This document shows positions 60,694-64,000 of a stretch of 64,000 nucleotides of DNA, piece by piece. The notes under the pieces were generated by a model. It saw only the letters and a program-made list of their open reading frames with translations, was not told where the DNA came from and searched no databases. The stretch lies in sequence record DRR378314_462; one strand, given 5' to 3'. The translations under genes and the position numbers were made by a program. Position 1 is the stretch's first letter. Each line of letters begins with the position of its first letter.

Positions 60694-61572
60694 ATGAGTA
60701 ACATTCCATTACCAACGGTTTCGCCGGAAGGCGGTCTATCCCGCTACCTCCAGGAAATCCGCAAGTTTCCGATGCTGGAACCGAACGAAGAATATATGCT
60801 GGCCAAAGCCTGGAAAGAACGGGCTGACTCCGATGCTGCGCACAAGATGGTCACCAGCCATTTACGTCTGGTTGCCAAAATTGCTATGGGTTACCGGGGC
60901 TATGGTCTTCCGGTCGGTGAATTGATCGCCGAAGGCAATGTGGGCATGATGCAGGCGGTCAAGAGATTTGAGCCGGAAAAAGGGTTCCGCCTGTCTACCT
61001 ATGCAATGTGGTGGATCCGGGCCGCGATCCAGGAATATATCCTGCGAACCTGGTCTCTGGTTAAAATGGGAACCACAGCGGCACAGAAAAAGCTGTTCTT
61101 TAACCTTCGGAAAATCAAAGGTCAGATCGAAGCCATCGATGAAGGGGACATGCGCCCCGATCAGGTTTCTGTAATTTCAACCAAGCTTGGCGTTTCCGAA
61201 GAAGAAGTCGTAAATATGAACCGCCGTCTCACCGCGCCGGATCATAGCCTGAATTCTCCCATGCGGGCGGATACGGAAGGCGAATGGATGGACTGGCTTG
61301 AAGACGACAGTCCTGATCAGGAAACCGTCTATGCCGAAAGCGAGGAATTGCAGCGCCGCAAGACCATGTTGACCTCGGCGATGGATTGCCTGAACGAGCG
61401 GGAAAAACACATCCTGACAGAACGACGCCTTCGCGAAGACCCCTTGACCCTGGAAGATTTGAGCCAGGAATATGGTATTAGCCGGGAGCGGGTCCGCCAG
61501 ATCGAAGTTCGAGCGTTCGAGAAACTGCAAAAAGCGGTTAAAAGCAGAGCTTTTGAAGATCGTGTTAATTGA
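60694..61572 (+). CDS. rpoH: RNA polymerase sigma-32 factor
   Basis: RpoH box QKKLFFNLRK, SHLRLVAKIA, RERVRQIE. Confidence 0.97.
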   Translation: MSNIPLPTVSPEGGLSRYLQEIRKFPMLEPNEEYMLAKAWKERADSDAAHKMVTSHLRLVAKIAMGYRGYGLPVGELIAEGNVGMMQAVKRFEPEKGFRLSTYAMWWIRAAIQEYILRTWSLVKMGTTAAQKKLFFNLRKIKGQIEAIDEGDMRPDQVSVISTKLGVSEEEVVNMNRRLTAPDHSLNSPMRADTEGEWMDWLEDDSPDQETVYAESEELQRRKTMLTSAMDCLNEREKHILTERRLREDPLTLEDLSQEYGISRERVRQIEVRAFEKLQKAVKSRAFEDRVN

Positions 61573-61579
61573 TCATCTC

Positions 61580-61611
61580 AATTAGAGGGGGTCTCAAAAC
61601 CCCCTCTAATT
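61580..61611. terminator. Hairpin terminator between convergent rpoH and nikR
   Basis: AATTAGAGGGGGT..ACCCCCTCTAATT 13-bp stem. Confidence 0.75.
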
Positions 61612-61629
61612 TAACTTAACCGGTTATTT

Positions 61630-62031
61630 TTATTTAATTGGTATAATATTCATTCGGCCATAACTGACCCCTGATTGGGACATCAGTTCATGGCCTCTTT
61701 TATGAACGTCTTCACTATTGCCCTGAAGCAGCGTTGCCTCAACATATGCGGTGCCATCAAGGGGTAATTGCACTGTTGATACCGTCAAGTCCGGGTTCAA
61801 TCGGTTTTTCCCGAACGGTTTAGGGGCTACTCCTTTTTCTGCATATTTCACAGCATAGGAAATGCATCCGATACAGCTTTGATCTGCCCCCATGGTTTCC
61901 CGCTCGTGCGAGAGCATATGACGAACCGCATCACGCACCCCCTCTGAGCGATTGGCGTATCCGTTTCGCTCCAGATAAGCATCGAATTCTGCCAGCAACT
62001 CATCTTCAACCGTGATTGTGACTCTCTCCAA
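61630..62031 (-). CDS. nikR: NikR-family RHH regulator with degenerate nickel-binding site
   Basis: ERVTITV..GYANRSEGVRD RHH plus a colinear ACT-like C-domain; GGAGG SD before TTG; canonical Ni ligands replaced. Confidence 0.85.
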   Translation of the reverse strand: MERVTITVEDELLAEFDAYLERNGYANRSEGVRDAVRHMLSHERETMGADQSCIGCISYAVKYAEKGVAPKPFGKNRLNPDLTVSTVQLPLDGTAYVEATLLQGNSEDVHKRGHELMSQSGVSYGRMNIIPIK

Positions 62032-62066
62032 GACTGCCTCCGATTTTGCACTTGCGAAAAAGATGC

Positions 62067-62094
62067 GTATGATAAATTATAGAAATCATCATAC
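62067..62094. promoter_or_regulatory. NikR operator
   Basis: GTATGA-N16-TCATAC is an exact match to the E. coli nik operator; the left half overlaps a TTGCAC-N16-TATGAT promoter for hupE. Confidence 0.9.
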
Positions 62095-62127
62095 AACATG
62101 CTAATACCGTTAAACGGGGAGTTAAAG

Positions 62128-62691
62128 ATGAAACGCGCTTTTCTAACAGCCAGCCTGGTTTTACTGGCCTCAGCCACACCGGCACTGGCCCATACAGGTC
62201 ATACGATGGCCGGTGATTTTTCAACCGGATTTCTGCACCCGTTCTTTGGATTGGACCATATCCTGGCCATGATCGGCGTTGGATTATTGGCAACCCAGTA
62301 TGACGGTAAATTAAAGCTCGTTCTGCCTGCGACTTTCGTTCTGGTCATGGCGCTTGGCGGTGTTCTGGGTCTTTCTGCATTGCAGATCCCGTTCATGGAA
62401 CAAGGTATTGTCGGCTCTGTTATTCTGTTGGGCGCCATCCTTGCGTTCGGCAAGAAACTGCCCTTGATTGCCGCCGGTTCGCTGGTTGGTGTTTTCGCGC
62501 TGTTCCACGGCGCGGCCCATGGTGTCGAAATGCCTGCAGCCTCAGCCTTTGCGGCTTATGGTCTGGGCATGCTGATTGCCAGCACAATCCTGCATGCAGC
62601 GGGCGTTGCGTTTGGTTATGCCGCACCGTTCCTCCTGCGCTATGCGGGCGCAGCGTTTGCGCTGGCTGGCATTGGTCTGGCCGCTTCCTGA
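62128..62691 (+). CDS. HupE/UreJ family Ni/Co transporter
   Basis: Signal peptide-AH, GFLHPFFGLDHILAM, FHGAAHGVE. Confidence 0.93.
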   Translation: MKRAFLTASLVLLASATPALAHTGHTMAGDFSTGFLHPFFGLDHILAMIGVGLLATQYDGKLKLVLPATFVLVMALGGVLGLSALQIPFMEQGIVGSVILLGAILAFGKKLPLIAAGSLVGVFALFHGAAHGVEMPAASAFAAYGLGMLIASTILHAAGVAFGYAAPFLLRYAGAAFALAGIGLAAS

Positions 62692-62717
62692 TCAATCAGA
62701 TCAGAAAAACCAATATG

Positions 62718-62745
62718 GCCCTCTGGAGACAGAGGGCTTTTTTTT
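62718..62745 (+). terminator. Rho-independent terminator
   Basis: GCCCTCTG-gaga-CAGAGGGC-T8. Confidence 0.88.
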
Positions 62746-62825
62746 GCGCAACTGAACAAGCGCAGGCTTCAAAAGCGGATCCAAAACTCCTAAGTATATT
62801 AAAGATCGAATAACCGGAGGGGATT

Positions 62826-64000
62826 ATGGCGTTATCACGGTATCTGACTTTTTGCCTTGGCCGGCAGGGTTTAAAAGCCATTGCAATCACCGCCGCAGGC
62901 CTGCTGCCACTCACTGCCTATGCCGGTAATTTTAATGATCAGGGGCCGAATGCGCCCCATCAATCTCCGGCTTTTGAAGGGCAAACACGTGCCCCTGTTA
63001 TCACTGACACAATAGACTTGAAAGAAACGACCATTGCCTCCGGCTTTGTAAATCCCTGGGGGATGGATCAGTTGCCCGATGGCGCGTGGTTGATCACTGA
63101 ACGCCCCGGAAGGCTTCGGCATGTCAGCGGCGCAGGCAAAGTATCCAAACCCATAAAGGGACTGCCCGAGATGGATGCCAGAGGGCAAGGCGGTTTACTG
63201 GATATACTGATCAGCCCTGATTTTAACACCGACCGCCGGATCTGGTGGAGTTATGCTGAACCACGGGGCAACGGGGTCAATGGAACGGCTGTTGCAACGG
63301 GAGTGTTGTCAGACGATCTCACTCAGGTTCAGAATGTCAAACTGATCTTTAGTCAGAAGCCTGGTTGGCGATCAACTTATCATTTCGGTTCCCGACTTGT
63401 TCTGGATAATACCGGCGCACTTTTTGTCACGACGGGGGAGCGATCCTATGTCAATGCGCGAAAGCTGTCGCAAGACCCCATGACCCATATTGGAAAAGTC
63501 ATTCGCCTGAACCCATTGGGCGGGCCAGCAGCGGATAATCCGCCAATTGCCGGTGCCCTGCCTGAGGTTTGGTCATGGGGCCATCGCAATATTCAAGCGG
63601 CTGCCCTCTCCCCGGAAGGGGAACTCTGGACGATTGAACATGGGCCACGCGGCGGAGATGAACTGAACCGGCCGGAAGCTGGGAAGAATTATGGCTGGCC
63701 AATCATCACCTATGGTGAAGATTACAGTGGCACCCCTATTGGCGCTGGGATTACGGCAAAGGACGGAATGGAACAGCCGATTTATTATTGGGATCCGGTG
63801 ATTGCGCCAAGTGGGATGACTTTTTACACCGGTGATCTTTTCAAAGAGTGGAAGGGAAGCATTCTGGTTGGCGGTCTTGCCAGTCGATCTCTCGTCCGGC
63901 TCACCCTGGACGGAGACCGGGTAACGGGGGAGGCCCGCTACAGGCAGGGTCAGGCTCGGGTGCGGGACGTGGATGTGGCACAAGACGGAGCCGTCATGCT
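62826..64000 (+). CDS. PQQ-dependent soluble aldose sugar dehydrogenase (YliI/GSDH family); 3' end runs off the window
   Basis: Not in the ORF track. Manual translation from ATG 62826 (GGAGG SD): signal peptide, GQTRAP, NPWG, ITERPG, GQGGLLD, HFGSRL, GHRN.Q, EHGPRGGDELN, NYGWP. Confidence 0.92.
   Translation, partial: MALSRYLTFCLGRQGLKAIAITAAGLLPLTAYAGNFNDQGPNAPHQSPAFEGQTRAPVITDTIDLKETTIASGFVNPWGMDQLPDGAWLITERPGRLRHVSGAGKVSKPIKGLPEMDARGQGGLLDILISPDFNTDRRIWWSYAEPRGNGVNGTAVATGVLSDDLTQVQNVKLIFSQKPGWRSTYHFGSRLVLDNTGALFVTTGERSYVNARKLSQDPMTHIGKVIRLNPLGGPAADNPPIAGALPEVWSWGHRNIQAAALSPEGELWTIEHGPRGGDELNRPEAGKNYGWPIITYGEDYSGTPIGAGITAKDGMEQPIYYWDPVIAPSGMTFYTGDLFKEWKGSILVGGLASRSLVRLTLDGDRVTGEARYRQGQARVRDVDVAQDGAVM

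Noticed and set aside
1-64000. CRISPR array, IS/integrase, prophage, tRNA/rRNA
   Set aside because: No regularly spaced repeats, transposase, integrase or phage motifs, or cloverleaf-like sequences were recognised by eye.

Overview
Chromosomal window from a marine-type alphaproteobacterium. The rluD-rpoH and xseB-ispA-dxs-tlyA synteny, a FixR-like SDR and CtrA-like boxes suggest a Sneathiella/Rhodospirillales-like organism (inference). Most of the window is housekeeping and lipid/acyl-CoA metabolism: an AtuC/AtuF-like carboxylase, a liv-type ABC transporter with embedded acyl-CoA ligase, a DmdB-like ligase, an RND pump, prfC, yajQ, dxs and rpoH. No rRNA, tRNA, CRISPR, IS or phage genes were recognised. 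Highlights: (1) a 1425-aa T1SS/RTX adhesin-like protein carrying an N-terminal FecR/retention-module-like domain, divergent from a CHASE2 adenylate cyclase, a candidate surface-sensing cAMP system; (2) a following ATP-grasp/adenylation/GNAT/ACP mini-operon; (3) an orphan three-gene exported-protein island; (4) a guanidine-II riboswitch upstream of a Gdx/SugE exporter; (5) a NikR homologue with all four canonical Ni ligands replaced, beside a perfect NikR operator and a HupE/UreJ transporter; (6) a probable CTG start codon in livH; (7) a leader with alternative hairpins upstream of an orphan gene and tusA. All calls come from motif recognition by eye; no database search was run.
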